DNA of 62,312 bases from Promethearchaeota archaeon (GCA_048938895.1 JBHLLU010000021.1:1-62312), one strand, 5' to 3'. Shown: positions 1-10,527, numbered from the stretch's first letter. A program made the numbers and translations. The notes: a model not told the origin generated them from the sequence alone.

Positions 1-26
1 GTATAGAAGTAATGGTGTAGCAATAG

Positions 27-1112
27 ATTCCTCAATATCGTGTTAAAAAATGGATTCAGTATGTAAAGAACTTTTTTTTAAATAATTTTACAGATATAAA
101 AGTTCCATATTCTGCGCAAATTGAATTAACCCTTCGTTGCAATGGAAAATGTTCCTTTTGTTCTTTTCATTCTTTACCAAATTCAATTATTGGTAAAGAT
201 ATGAGTACAACACAGATTAAAAATTTAATAGATCAAATCGCTGATTTGGGGGTAATTGCGTTATCTTTCACAGGTGGGGAACCTACTCTTAGAAAAGATC
301 TTCCAGAATTAATATATCATACAGGAGTAGCTCATGGTTTTATGAACGGAATTGCTACTAATGGTTATTTACTACCAAAATTATTTAAAGATCATAAATT
401 AGAAGGTTTAGATTATATATTATTATCCTTAGATTACCCTAAAGCAGAATTACATAATAAAATGCGTGGGCTCAAGGTATTTGATAAAGTTATTGAATCT
501 ATTAAATTAGCGAATAAGTATGAAATTAAACCAATCATAAGTACAGTCGTAATGAAGGATAATTTAAAATATTTAGAAGACATGTGTGAATTGGCAGAAA
601 ATTTAAACTGTTCTATTGAGATTTATCCTTGTGAAGATATAATAAGAAATTATTCTGAAAATAGCTACCAGATTGAAAGTATTTATAATATAATTCCAGA
701 TATCTCCAAATGGGCTTACATCATTCGATCATTAAGAAGAAAATACAAAAATATTTTAACTGACCCAGTTTCCATACAAGTTGTTGAAAATGGAGGATTT
801 GGGGGCTTTCCTTCATATCATCAAAAAACTCTTAGATGTCATGTAGCTGAAGCATATCTTTTCATAAGTCATGACGGGTATGTCCACTATCCATGTAAAA
901 TTCATCCTATAATAAGTTTCGATGCGTCAAAATATTCTTTACGAAATATCTATTATTCAGAAGATGTAAAAAATATTATGAAGCAACATGACAATTTTGA
1001 TTTCTGTGATAATTGTCGCTTAGGATGCGCAATTGCATCATCAATTCCTACTCGCTGGAAGACTGTTTACTCTAAATACATACGTGGATTTTTAGATGGT
1101 AATTTAAGATAA
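27..1112 (+). CDS. Radical SAM / SPASM-domain protein
   Basis: The CxxxCxxC motif (CNGKCSFC, nt 138-161) is in frame but upstream of the track's ATG at 201. The frame is open from ATT at 27, after TAG at 24-26, with GGTG at 14-17. FTGGEP and TNG motifs and C-terminal Cys (CHV, YPC, CDNCRLGC) are present. The start is inferred. Confidence 0.85.
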   Translation: MPQYRVKKWIQYVKNFFLNNFTDIKVPYSAQIELTLRCNGKCSFCSFHSLPNSIIGKDMSTTQIKNLIDQIADLGVIALSFTGGEPTLRKDLPELIYHTGVAHGFMNGIATNGYLLPKLFKDHKLEGLDYILLSLDYPKAELHNKMRGLKVFDKVIESIKLANKYEIKPIISTVVMKDNLKYLEDMCELAENLNCSIEIYPCEDIIRNYSENSYQIESIYNIIPDISKWAYIIRSLRRKYKNILTDPVSIQVVENGGFGGFPSYHQKTLRCHVAEAYLFISHDGYVHYPCKIHPIISFDASKYSLRNIYYSEDVKNIMKQHDNFDFCDNCRLGCAIASSIPTRWKTVYSKYIRGFLDGNLR

Positions 1113-1222
1113 ATAAATAGAAACCCGCAAATCGATTTTGGATTTAAACAATGCATTGAATTTAAAATAAATATCAAAAAACTTAATTAAAATCAAGATT
1201 TTCTTAATATAGTGATTAGTAT

Positions 1223-1828
1223 ATGTCAAATGCGGGAATAATTCTTCAAATCATGCTAATAACCCTTGGTATGGTAATTTTCGGAATGATCCTAAACAGA
1301 TTTTTGGGATTATCCCGAGAAAAAATGGCAGAAATTAAGGAACAAGCTCTAAACCTTCAAGAACGTATAAGAAATGCCCAAGTTATTGGTGATATACAAA
1401 TGATGGCACAAGTACAACAGGAAACGTTACAATTTACCAAAAAAATCATGGTTAAGCAGTTTGTCCCTTTATGCGTAAGGTGTTTCATTTTTATAGGGAT
1501 CTTTGCCATTCTCTCATTTTTTTATGCTAAATATAAAAAAGGTCTGCTGCCTTTTCCTCTATTGATTTTTGGTGATGGATGGATAGCATTATACTTTATC
1601 TTTTCTATTTGTTTCTCATTAATTATTTTTGGTGTAAGAAAGCTTTATAAGAGATATACTGGAAAAGATTTTGCCACTCAAAGTAACTTAAGAGAAATTT
1701 TGGAATTAGTTTCCCCATCCCGACAATCTTCAGGTATCTCATTTCAAGTTTCCAATACTATAAATTCCAATATTGAGGATGATTCTTCTAACAAAGTTGA
1801 TTCCTGGAAGGAGAGAATTCAAAAATAA
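1223..1828 (+). CDS. DUF106 / EMC3-TMCO1-Get1 (Oxa1 superfamily) membrane protein
   Basis: TM1, then a Q/E/K-rich coiled-coil hairpin, then TM2 and TM3 with a GWIALYFIFS motif typical of DUF106/TMCO1. Confidence 0.7.
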   Translation: MSNAGIILQIMLITLGMVIFGMILNRFLGLSREKMAEIKEQALNLQERIRNAQVIGDIQMMAQVQQETLQFTKKIMVKQFVPLCVRCFIFIGIFAILSFFYAKYKKGLLPFPLLIFGDGWIALYFIFSICFSLIIFGVRKLYKRYTGKDFATQSNLREILELVSPSRQSSGISFQVSNTINSNIEDDSSNKVDSWKERIQK

Positions 1829-1884
1829 TATTGATTAGAAAACTCCTCTATTTGTTTATATCTAAAGTCTGGAGGTTTTAAATA

Positions 1885-2370
1885 ATGACAGAAGAAAATT
1901 CAGTTAAAAGACAAATGGCTTTATACTTTACTTTTGCTGCAATAATGATTGGGTTAAATTATTTAATACAAAAATTGAATCAAGTAGTAATCGCTCCATC
2001 TGTTTGCGATATTTGGGGGGAAAATAGTTTTATTAATACATTTTACTGTTCCACTGATCCATATAATATGCCGGAATTAATTGGGTCTATTGTAGCTGTA
2101 GGTATTACTTATGTTATCAAATTCTTCTTAGATAAGTATATTGTGTTTAAACGAGGAGATACAGAATTAAAAGAAACTTCAATTGAATTTATTAAATATT
2201 TTGGATTTGCTATTCTTACAACTGCTGAGAATATCGGAATTCAATTTCTCATGACAAATTTTCTTAATTCTCCCCTGGAAGTAAGTTTTATCATTGCATT
2301 ATCTATTGGTTATCTCACGAAATTCTTCCTAGATAAACGATATGTATTTTTAAAAAAAATTGAAGAATAA
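1885..2370 (+). CDS. GtrA-like membrane protein
   Basis: Four TM segments and a duplicated KFFLDKxxVF motif; SD GGAGG upstream. Confidence 0.75.
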   Translation: MTEENSVKRQMALYFTFAAIMIGLNYLIQKLNQVVIAPSVCDIWGENSFINTFYCSTDPYNMPELIGSIVAVGITYVIKFFLDKYIVFKRGDTELKETSIEFIKYFGFAILTTAENIGIQFLMTNFLNSPLEVSFIIALSIGYLTKFFLDKRYVFLKKIEE

Positions 2371-2405
2371 AAAAATTTAATAGATCGAAACGTGTTTTAA
2401 TTCAT

Positions 2406-3506
2406 ATGTCTGATGAGCAAGAAGAACACGAAGAAGAAGATGAAAAGATCATAGATGCTTTATCCAGCCTTGGTTGGGTTGAAGAAAAGGAAGAAGAAGA
2501 AGTCCCCGAAGTTGGTGATGATCTTTTAGAACAAGTTAATTTCTTTAAAGAAGAAAACAAGAGATTAATGAGAGAAGTTAATGAGAAAAATGATATTATC
2601 CATGAAAAGTTAGAAACTATAAGTAATCTTGAATCTCATATTCAAAAATTATCAGAACAACCAGCAGACAGTTCAGCTCAAGATCAAGCAATACAAAAAC
2701 TATATGAAACAATTGAAAGTAAAAATGATGAAATTGAACGACTGAGTAATCTTTATGAAGAGGAATCCAATAAATCAAAAAAGATTATTGAGGATCAAAA
2801 TCAAAAGATCCAAGAATTAACAACACAAATTGCAGATTTTAACACTGATCAGAGCGATGTAATTAACAAGAAAGATCTTCAAATTAAAGAACTTGAAGAA
2901 CAACTCCAGTATCTTGAAGATGATACAATTCAAAAATCAAAATTTCAAAAACTCGAATTACTGTTGGAGAAAAAAGATGAAATCATAACTGAGAAAGAGA
3001 AAACTATTTTCACACTAGAAAATTCATTAAAAACAGCAAACCAGAAAATGCAGGAAATACAACAACAACAAGAGACTTTTACCCTTTTAAAAAAGGATCT
3101 AGAGAAGAAAACTGCTCGTAATAAGGAATTACTTGTCGAAATAGAAGAACTAAAGCAGAAAAACATTACAAATTCTGAACTAGTGAATCGCCTTGAAGAA
3201 AAATTAGAAGATGCCCATAGAACTTCCGGAAATATTACAGGAAAATTTGAAGTTGAGCTAAGTAGCTTAAGAAATGTTTTAGAAGGGAAAGATGATGAAA
3301 TCATCGCTCTTAAAGAAAATCTTGAGAATGTAAATACAGAACTAAATGAATATAAATCAATTGAAGAAAAAATATTAGAAGATATTCAGGATTTAAAAGA
3401 TGAGAATATCAAACTTGAGTCTGATATTGAAGCTAAAGATAGTGAAATAGTAGATTTAAAGAAGAAAATTAAGTTAATGCGTAGGGATATGCAAAAAAAT
3501 AGATAG
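2406..3506 (+). CDS. Long coiled-coil protein with acidic N-terminus
   Basis: 366 aa, E/K/Q/L-rich heptad pattern throughout; no catalytic motif seen. Confidence 0.75.
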   Translation: MSDEQEEHEEEDEKIIDALSSLGWVEEKEEEEVPEVGDDLLEQVNFFKEENKRLMREVNEKNDIIHEKLETISNLESHIQKLSEQPADSSAQDQAIQKLYETIESKNDEIERLSNLYEEESNKSKKIIEDQNQKIQELTTQIADFNTDQSDVINKKDLQIKELEEQLQYLEDDTIQKSKFQKLELLLEKKDEIITEKEKTIFTLENSLKTANQKMQEIQQQQETFTLLKKDLEKKTARNKELLVEIEELKQKNITNSELVNRLEEKLEDAHRTSGNITGKFEVELSSLRNVLEGKDDEIIALKENLENVNTELNEYKSIEEKILEDIQDLKDENIKLESDIEAKDSEIVDLKKKIKLMRRDMQKNR

Positions 3507-3613
3507 ATCTACCGTCCTATTTTTAATTTTCTTCTAAAACTTAACTAAATTCTGAAATTTACATTAAGAATGGATAAAAATAAGTAAAAATAAATTAAAT
3601 TTGATAATGGAGC

Positions 3614-4612
3614 TTATTTCTCACGCCAGATAACGCCACAATTTCCGCAGGCGTACTTCTTTCCGTAGACTCTTGGATAGTCTAAAATTATATTTGATTT
3701 ATCCACACTCTCATGAATCATGTGAGGGTCGTCTGTTCCGCACTCAGGACACCTTCTTCGGCCTTCCATCTTCTCCACAGTCAGAATTGAAGCATCTGTT
3801 TTACCTGGAATTCCTGGAGCTGCAGCAGAGGCTCTGATTTCGTCCCTTACAACCTCTGGAGTTATATCTCTAACTTCTGATTTAAATTCCGGTTGTATAG
3901 CCGCTGCCACTCGGTCATCCTCGTCTTCACCTTCTAAAACAGATTCAGCCTTTAATTGTACAGCATCAGACTCTTTATAATTTTCCCCTCTATTTATAGC
4001 TGCTCTAAACTCTGCATCATCATCTTCTTCAAAAATAGTTTCTTGTTGCAAACCCGCTCTCTCAGCATCAATTGAACGTGCCCATTGCCCTGCTCTTACT
4101 TTTTCTGTTACGGTGCATGCATTTCCTTGCCAAATATATACTTTATTTCCTAAATCAGCAACAAAACAATCTTCTGATTCAAGTGAGTTATTAGAGAAGG
4201 GAACCTGAATCATCTTCATGGCATTTATATCTTCAAATTCTTCAGATGAAACTCGATATAAAATATTTTTCCATTCATTAAACTGGGCAAAATCACCAGT
4301 AGTTACGTCTTTAAGAAGGGTTTTTGCATAATTTTTCTCTACGATTTTCATTACTCCCATAGGAGCAATCAGCGTGAGGAATTCTTTTGTTTCAAAACCT
4401 TGATCTACTGTAATTATTTTTGCAGCTCCACCCCGTTGTTGGTCTAATGTTCTTGCTTGAGCTGCACCACTGGTTTTTTCATCTACAGAGCATTTATTTC
4501 CGATCCAGATAAAAATAGTCTTTTCTGCATCGAGTAAATAAACATCTCCTGAACTAAAGATAGGTTTTCTGATTTCTTTTAATTCTCCTTGATCGATAAG
4601 AAATAATTTCAT
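3614..4612 (-). CDS. Two-domain gelsolin-family protein with C-terminal zinc ribbon
   Basis: Two gelsolin repeats (FSSGDVYLLD..IFIWIG..CSVDEK; LESEDCFVADLG.KVYIWQG..CTVTEK), an acidic linker, then CPECG...CGNCG. Confidence 0.9.
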   Translation of the reverse strand: MKLFLIDQGELKEIRKPIFSSGDVYLLDAEKTIFIWIGNKCSVDEKTSGAAQARTLDQQRGGAAKIITVDQGFETKEFLTLIAPMGVMKIVEKNYAKTLLKDVTTGDFAQFNEWKNILYRVSSEEFEDINAMKMIQVPFSNNSLESEDCFVADLGNKVYIWQGNACTVTEKVRAGQWARSIDAERAGLQQETIFEEDDDAEFRAAINRGENYKESDAVQLKAESVLEGEDEDDRVAAAIQPEFKSEVRDITPEVVRDEIRASAAAPGIPGKTDASILTVEKMEGRRRCPECGTDDPHMIHESVDKSNIILDYPRVYGKKYACGNCGVIWREK

Positions 4613-4710
4613 TTAAAATTCTCACTTCTAATTTTGTTAAAATTTTTACTTTAACTCTATTATAAAACTAGGTGTATAAAAATTTGTGTGAAAAAAAACC
4701 TCTCCTTCGA

Positions 4711-6090
4711 TCAAAAATCATTTAGAGCGAGATTTATTCTATTTACCACTTCTGGGATATCTTTCAAATCAATTGAACAATATGCGATTCTTATCCCATT
4801 TATATTTTCATCGGGTTTTTCTATAGGAATTATTCCAAGCTTATATTTCTGTAGTAAATGGTCTCCAAATTCAGTTGCCCTAACCTTTTTTTGATTTAAA
4901 TTCATAAACAAGAAAAATCCACCTGAATTGGGGTCAATGGAAATGTTAGGATCATCAATTTTCTTCAATTCAGAATTTATCTTTTCATATCGTTTCTTTA
5001 GTAGATTATACACATTTTCCCGAGAAGAGAGAAATTTCTCTATCCCTTTTTCTTGAAACATTTTTTGAGTAATAGTTTGATAGAAGTGATTACAACTAGA
5101 AATAGTTGCTCTATTAAGCCCTTCAGATTTATTATTTATTTCAGATTTAAGCAATTCTAATTCTTCATCGTTTTTTGTCCAACTAGGTTTTAATCCAAAA
5201 GTAAGAAAACCAATTCTTGCTCCATACATTAAAAGTTCCTTTGTTACGCCATCAAGCTTTATAGGTATAACGTCCTCGTCTAACTGATGTAGATCATAAA
5301 AGATTGATCTGTTCGAAGATTCATCCGTATACACATAAGGCTCGTAGGCATCGTCAACTATTACAATTATCGGCTTATTTAAACTTCGATGTCTCTCCTG
5401 TAATAAAGAAACAATTTCACTACTCTCTTTTGTAGTAGGTACATATCCAGTTGGGTTATTTGGAAAATTTAATATAATAATTATCTTTTCTTGGGATTTT
5501 GCAACATCCATTATTGCATTATCTAAACTCCTAAGATTAAAATTTTGATCACTGAAGAATTCAAACGATTTGATTCTCGCGCCAATATTTTTTTCTATAA
5601 TGTTGTCATAATTGCCCCATCGTTTATTGGGTGCAATAATAAATTCCCCTGGATTCAAGAACAAAGCGCTACTATGATATATTCCATTAGTAACACCTGC
5701 TGTAATAATAGGAGATGTTATATATCTCTGTAATCTACTTAATAAAGCCAAGCTACGTTCTTTATCATAATTCGCCTTTCTTATAATCCAATCTCTCCAA
5801 ATTTCTCTTATTTCAGTTAAACCCCCTATAGAAGCATAAGGCACAATTTGTTTAACATCAACACTAAAATATTCTGAAAGCTCATCTAAATAACATGGTA
5901 ACCATTTAGAACTTCCTCCATCAATAAAATCTTTTTCAAATCCAAATGCCGATCCTATTGTTCCAATAAGTTCTGCTTCTTTTTTTGCTCGTTCAGACCA
6001 ATAGAAAATTCCTTGAGGAAGGAAGAGTCTTTTACCAAGTTCCGAATAAGCCTGATAGAGTGGAGTTTTTTTAAGAATTTTAAATTCCAT
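4711..6090 (-). CDS. PLP-dependent aminotransferase class I/II
   Basis: NFPNNPTG, VDDAYE and DGVTKE...GARIG motifs. Confidence 0.9.
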   Translation of the reverse strand: MEFKILKKTPLYQAYSELGKRLFLPQGIFYWSERAKKEAELIGTIGSAFGFEKDFIDGGSSKWLPCYLDELSEYFSVDVKQIVPYASIGGLTEIREIWRDWIIRKANYDKERSLALLSRLQRYITSPIITAGVTNGIYHSSALFLNPGEFIIAPNKRWGNYDNIIEKNIGARIKSFEFFSDQNFNLRSLDNAIMDVAKSQEKIIIILNFPNNPTGYVPTTKESSEIVSLLQERHRSLNKPIIVIVDDAYEPYVYTDESSNRSIFYDLHQLDEDVIPIKLDGVTKELLMYGARIGFLTFGLKPSWTKNDEELELLKSEINNKSEGLNRATISSCNHFYQTITQKMFQEKGIEKFLSSRENVYNLLKKRYEKINSELKKIDDPNISIDPNSGGFFLFMNLNQKKVRATEFGDHLLQKYKLGIIPIEKPDENINGIRIAYCSIDLKDIPEVVNRINLALNDF

Positions 6091-6201
6091 ATTTCACATC
6101 ATCCTGTATTAAAATATATTCAGAATTAACTAAAATAAATAATGTATATTAATGAAATTTATTTAGTGAACTTAAATAAAAATAAATATTAAAGAAGAAA
6201 C

Positions 6202-6672
6202 ATGAATGAAGAAAATAATTTAGGAGAACCTGAGCTGAAAAAGGCGAGTGAAAAGCCTTTTCAAAAAGGATGGAATAACTTAATTAACGGAATCAAAGGA
6301 GGATTTGATAAATTCCAACAATCATTAGAGGAGCAATCAAAGAAAAACAAAGAATTATGGGAAGATAATAAAGAGAAAGTAAACGAGTTCTTTAAAGACA
6401 TGAAACAAGACTGGGAAAAAAAAATCAAAAAATGGAATGAAGATATGGAAAAGACGAGAATAGAATCTAAAGAACAATGGGACGCTTATAAAAATAAGGT
6501 TAGTCAAGATTTTAAAAACTTTCAGGAAAAAGCTAAAGAGGATTGGAGTGATGGCCTTAAATCATTTAGAAAAGGATTCTTTAAAGCATATTTTTGGTTT
6601 CTAGTACTGACCATTCCTATTCTTATTATCGTGATCGTAGTACTATGGATATTAAGTCAATTAACTGGTTAA
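6202..6672 (+). CDS. Tail-anchored amphipathic helical protein
   Basis: Charged helix with periodic W/F residues and a single C-terminal hydrophobic segment. Confidence 0.7.
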   Translation: MNEENNLGEPELKKASEKPFQKGWNNLINGIKGGFDKFQQSLEEQSKKNKELWEDNKEKVNEFFKDMKQDWEKKIKKWNEDMEKTRIESKEQWDAYKNKVSQDFKNFQEKAKEDWSDGLKSFRKGFFKAYFWFLVLTIPILIIVIVVLWILSQLTG

Positions 6673-6699
6673 AACAATAAGTCTCTCCTAATTTTAAAA

Positions 6700-7359
6700 A
6701 TGATCGAAATTTTCTTAATTTCCTTCGTGGTTGGTATTTCTGGTGCATTAACTCCAGGTCCTGTTTTAACCTTTACTATATATAAGTCTCTTAAGGAGAA
6801 GAATGGATACCTTTCAGGTCTATTTATTGTACTTGGGCATGCTACCTTAGAATTTATCTTGTTAATAATATTACTACTGGGAGCAACCTTACTTTTTCAA
6901 AATCTAGTATTTCTTATCATATTGGGGATTGTTGGAGGATCATGTTTGATCTTTTTTGGTAGTTTAACGGTAAGAGACGTAGTTAATAGACGTTATGAAG
7001 TGGAGTTCAGTCTAAATGAACAAAACATGAATAAATTCAAGGGGAATAGTTATTTTGGGGGCATTTTTTATTCTGTCACAAATCCCTTTTGGGAATTCTG
7101 GTGGGCAACTGCAGGGATAAAAATTATGTATGATTTAAATGTATCTCTTAATCAACCATTTGGTTTTTTCTTATTCTTTACTGGACATGAATTAGCAGAT
7201 TTTGTGTGGTATGTACCTATATCAATCTTCATATTCTTAGGTGGTAAGAAACTAAATCCAAATGTATACAAATATGTTCTCATAACTTGTGGTGTCTTTA
7301 TGATAATATTTGGGATATATTTGTCATTCAATATACTCCTACTTCCTCCAAGTATATGA
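6700..7359 (+). CDS. LysE-family translocator
   Basis: SGALTPGP, LGHATLE and TNPFWEFWW motifs; about 6 TM segments. Confidence 0.85.
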   Translation: MIEIFLISFVVGISGALTPGPVLTFTIYKSLKEKNGYLSGLFIVLGHATLEFILLIILLLGATLLFQNLVFLIILGIVGGSCLIFFGSLTVRDVVNRRYEVEFSLNEQNMNKFKGNSYFGGIFYSVTNPFWEFWWATAGIKIMYDLNVSLNQPFGFFLFFTGHELADFVWYVPISIFIFLGGKKLNPNVYKYVLITCGVFMIIFGIYLSFNILLLPPSI

Positions 7360-7450
7360 TCTGAATATTATGCAAATATTTTAGATTTATTTGATGATTT
7401 TATCCCATAGACAGATCTAAGGATAAAAGTTACTGTTTTTGGTAAATTTG

Positions 7451-7732
7451 ATGGAAAAAGAAATGACCAGGAATGAATCTCGGAATTTTCTTATTCGAAA
7501 ACTCCTATTAATATGTCCAGTATGCCAGAAGCGTATTTATGGGAAAGATATCGATATTTTAAAAATTGACTTATCAAAAATTAATCATTGGCCTCTACGG
7601 TATATCCATTGTCATAAAACCAATAACGTACCTCTCCATGCGCTAACTATCTTTTTAGACGCAAACTTTAGTGTACGAGGAAATGAAGTATCAGATTATA
7701 TAAAAATAGATAATCAATCTGATTTAATCTAA
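7451..7732 (+). CDS. Small putative Zn-binding hypothetical protein
   Basis: CPVC...HCH...H and a LDANFSVRG tail. The start is ATG 7451 or TTG 7439. Confidence 0.65.
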   Translation: MEKEMTRNESRNFLIRKLLLICPVCQKRIYGKDIDILKIDLSKINHWPLRYIHCHKTNNVPLHALTIFLDANFSVRGNEVSDYIKIDNQSDLI

Positions 7733-9795
7733 TATTTTTCTAACTCTTGATCTTCCTGATCTTCAAAGAGTTCTGAATGTGGCTGGAGGAAATTGTTTTG
7801 ACACATAGGGCAGCTATTATACTTGCTCAACCAGAAACTAACGCAGAGGTAATGATAAGTACTACCACAAAAAGGGCAAGTAATTACCTTATCCTTAGCA
7901 AAATTGATATATTTATGACAGACTGTACACTGCACTTCTGAATCTGAAATCCCCTTACTTAGTTTCACTCGATTAGATAGTATTTTTTCTAATTTTGATA
8001 ATTCAACTTGATAAAGCCCTAGAGAATTATTCAAATGATTGATTTTCGAATTTATCTCAGCTATTCTTTCTCTTAACTCATCTTCAGTCAGTTTCTCAGC
8101 AAGAAATGATGATAATGCAAAATTTAAAGGTAATCCTTCGAACTTCTCAGTCTGCTCAGATATTTCAGTAATGGTTGCAAATAAGAATCCTTCCTTATCA
8201 AGTAATTCCTTGAAACTTTTGAATAATTTATTTATTAGAAGAGAGATAAGAAAGGTTAATTGCTGTTTTTTACGGTTAAAGTTTTCTTCCCATAACCGGA
8301 TAATTTGGTAAATATCAATATCTTGAGTCTTTTTAGCTTCAAGTGCTTTATAAACTTCATCTTTTATGGTTTGAATTTTAACGCTATATTTCTTTAAAAT
8401 TTCTTTAATCTCAGTTAACTGTGGAAATTCTTCTTTAATTATTAAGGATGTCTCATTTTCATAACTAATTATTAACTCATTGAGTTCTGAAATTTTATCT
8501 TTGATGAATTTTCTTATATTTACTCTAACTTCCTCATCTTTCACAGTCTTGATAAAGGAAAGGTATTCATTTTTTCTGCGATATATTTCAGAACCTATAT
8601 TAGAAAAAACCTTCCTTAATTTTTCTGTTATACTATCATAAGGATTGAGGTAATTCTCTAAAGTTAGAATCCAATCTTCCACTTCCTGTATTTTAGAATT
8701 AAAAAAATCGATTTTTGTATAGTAATAGTTCGCTATCTCCTCAAATTCTTCGGTTTCTGTATCATTTTGTATTTTTTCCTGGAATTTCTTTTCTAATCCT
8801 AGAATATAGTAATCTACTATTTTAGGTAAAAAAACTTGGATTTTTTGATTCTTAAGGTCACCAAGATCCTCTTCTAATTGTTTATCCTTTAATTCAAATT
8901 CCTCAATTTCAACAATGATTTCTTTCAATTTCTCCAGAAGTAACTCTTTAAGAAGGGGTTTAACGAAATTTTTTAGATTTTGGATAATTTCTTTCCTCTC
9001 CAAGATATTTATAAACTCATCTCCTTGATATTCCTCTATGATCTTATTATTGTATAGGAGATATATAAGTTCAGAATTGAAATTTATCTTTTGTTCATCT
9101 TTCGAGAGAAAATATTCGTGAAGTTCATTAAAATGGAATGTTAGTAATTGTTCATTCTGAGTTTTTTTTCTTTTTTTAACAAATACTTCGTTTAGGCTCT
9201 TTATAAAAGTATATAATTCCTTAATTTCATTCCAATTTTCTAAAACTTTAGGAATTCCCATTAATTTATAATTTAGATTCTTAATTTTTTGGATTTCATT
9301 CCATAAATAGAGTCGGTCTCTATATACATTCTCAGGTTCTCGTAATGAATTTATAATCCTAGATGCAATATCGTTGCTTCGACGAAGCAGTCCAATAACG
9401 TTTGATAATAAATCGTTGATGAAAATATTCCCATTTTTGATTAATCTTTTTATATTAGAACAATTTGAATTTAAATCTTGAAGGTTATTAATTAATAAAT
9501 TTAATTCTTTCAAAATTCCTGATTTAATATGGTAATACTCTTTAGGTTCAATATCTTTTTCAGAATTGATGATATACTCATTTAAAAAATCTGATATCTC
9601 CTCCAAATACGTAGAATATGAATCCAAACTCATAGATGATAAATTTAGTTTGGATTTGATATAATCTGTAACTTCTGATTCTTCGGCGTTTTTAGTTTTG
9701 AATTTTACTAAAGTGTTCTTTATTTCGATAACTTCATCCTTAGAAAAGGTTTTTACCTCTTTAGTCACCACAAAAATGTTATCCATTAATTTCAA
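7729..9795 (-). CDS. Coiled-coil protein with C-terminal RING finger (putative E3 ligase)
   Basis: C-terminal CTVC-x11-CPFCGSTYHYLCVSFWL-x5-CPMC, a RING pattern with the conserved W and CPxC. Confidence 0.8.
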   Translation of the reverse strand: MKLMDNIFVVTKEVKTFSKDEVIEIKNTLVKFKTKNAEESEVTDYIKSKLNLSSMSLDSYSTYLEEISDFLNEYIINSEKDIEPKEYYHIKSGILKELNLLINNLQDLNSNCSNIKRLIKNGNIFINDLLSNVIGLLRRSNDIASRIINSLREPENVYRDRLYLWNEIQKIKNLNYKLMGIPKVLENWNEIKELYTFIKSLNEVFVKKRKKTQNEQLLTFHFNELHEYFLSKDEQKINFNSELIYLLYNNKIIEEYQGDEFINILERKEIIQNLKNFVKPLLKELLLEKLKEIIVEIEEFELKDKQLEEDLGDLKNQKIQVFLPKIVDYYILGLEKKFQEKIQNDTETEEFEEIANYYYTKIDFFNSKIQEVEDWILTLENYLNPYDSITEKLRKVFSNIGSEIYRRKNEYLSFIKTVKDEEVRVNIRKFIKDKISELNELIISYENETSLIIKEEFPQLTEIKEILKKYSVKIQTIKDEVYKALEAKKTQDIDIYQIIRLWEENFNRKKQQLTFLISLLINKLFKSFKELLDKEGFLFATITEISEQTEKFEGLPLNFALSSFLAEKLTEDELRERIAEINSKINHLNNSLGLYQVELSKLEKILSNRVKLSKGISDSEVQCTVCHKYINFAKDKVITCPFCGSTYHYLCVSFWLSKYNSCPMCQNNFLQPHSELFEDQEDQELEKY

Positions 9796-9909
9796 AATAT
9801 ATTACCTATACTATGGATTCTATTACATAATAAAAAGAAGAAATCATACCATAAATTATTAATGTTTATAACACAGAGTGGAAATCATAAGAAAAAAGAA
9901 CTCGAGACA

Positions 9910-10527
9910 CTATTCTCCTAGTTCCGTAATCTCTAAATACTTCTCTTGTGAACCATCCTTTGTTATCGTTAAAATATCAATTCCATTACCAGACATTACA
10001 TCCCGAGAAAGAGCACTCCTGATTGCTTTTTCAACTAGTTTTTCTCCAGCAGCAACAGTCATTCCTGGTTTATACTCAGCTTCTAAGATACCAATTGATA
10101 ATAACATCCCTGTTCCAGTTGTTCCGTAATCATCAGGCATTAAACTTCCAATCGCATCTAAAGTATATAATTCGGGACCTCCAACATCCATACCTGCGAC
10201 TACCAAATTGGTTAAAAGTGGCATCATCTTTCTTGAATATAAATAGTTGGATACCATTTTTCCCATACTTCTTGTTGAAATTCTCTCCCCAGCATCCAAA
10301 AGATATAGATTTGCCTGTGCCCTTAATATTTTCACAAGAATCTGAAAATCACCAATCAAGCCATAAGCCGCCATACCAATATATTCGGTTATTTTAAAGA
10401 CTTTTTTTGTTGATTTGTTTGTTACAGTATATCCCCAAGTTGCCCTTCGATCATTTCCTAAAACAACACCATCTTTACATTTGATAGCGACACCCGTTGC
10501 TCCAGGAACCATTATTTCTTGAGCCAT
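9910..10527 (-). CDS. psmB: Proteasome beta subunit, probably non-catalytic
   Basis: GVVLGNDRRAT, KKVFKI, YTLDAIGS, GTG and RDVMSG motifs. The N-terminus reads PGATG rather than TGTTT. Confidence 0.92.
   Translation of the reverse strand: MAQEIMVPGATGVAIKCKDGVVLGNDRRATWGYTVTNKSTKKVFKITEYIGMAAYGLIGDFQILVKILRAQANLYLLDAGERISTRSMGKMVSNYLYSRKMMPLLTNLVVAGMDVGGPELYTLDAIGSLMPDDYGTTGTGMLLSIGILEAEYKPGMTVAAGEKLVEKAIRSALSRDVMSGNGIDILTITKDGSQEKYLEITELGE

Noticed and set aside
2945-3304. Antisense ORFs in the track (e.g. 2945-3304, 8039-8311, 11131-11340, 34053-34379, 45233-45415, 53996-54388, 57194-57478)
   Set aside because: They are S/F/L-rich shadows of E/K-rich genes on the opposite strand and fully overlap well-supported CDSs.
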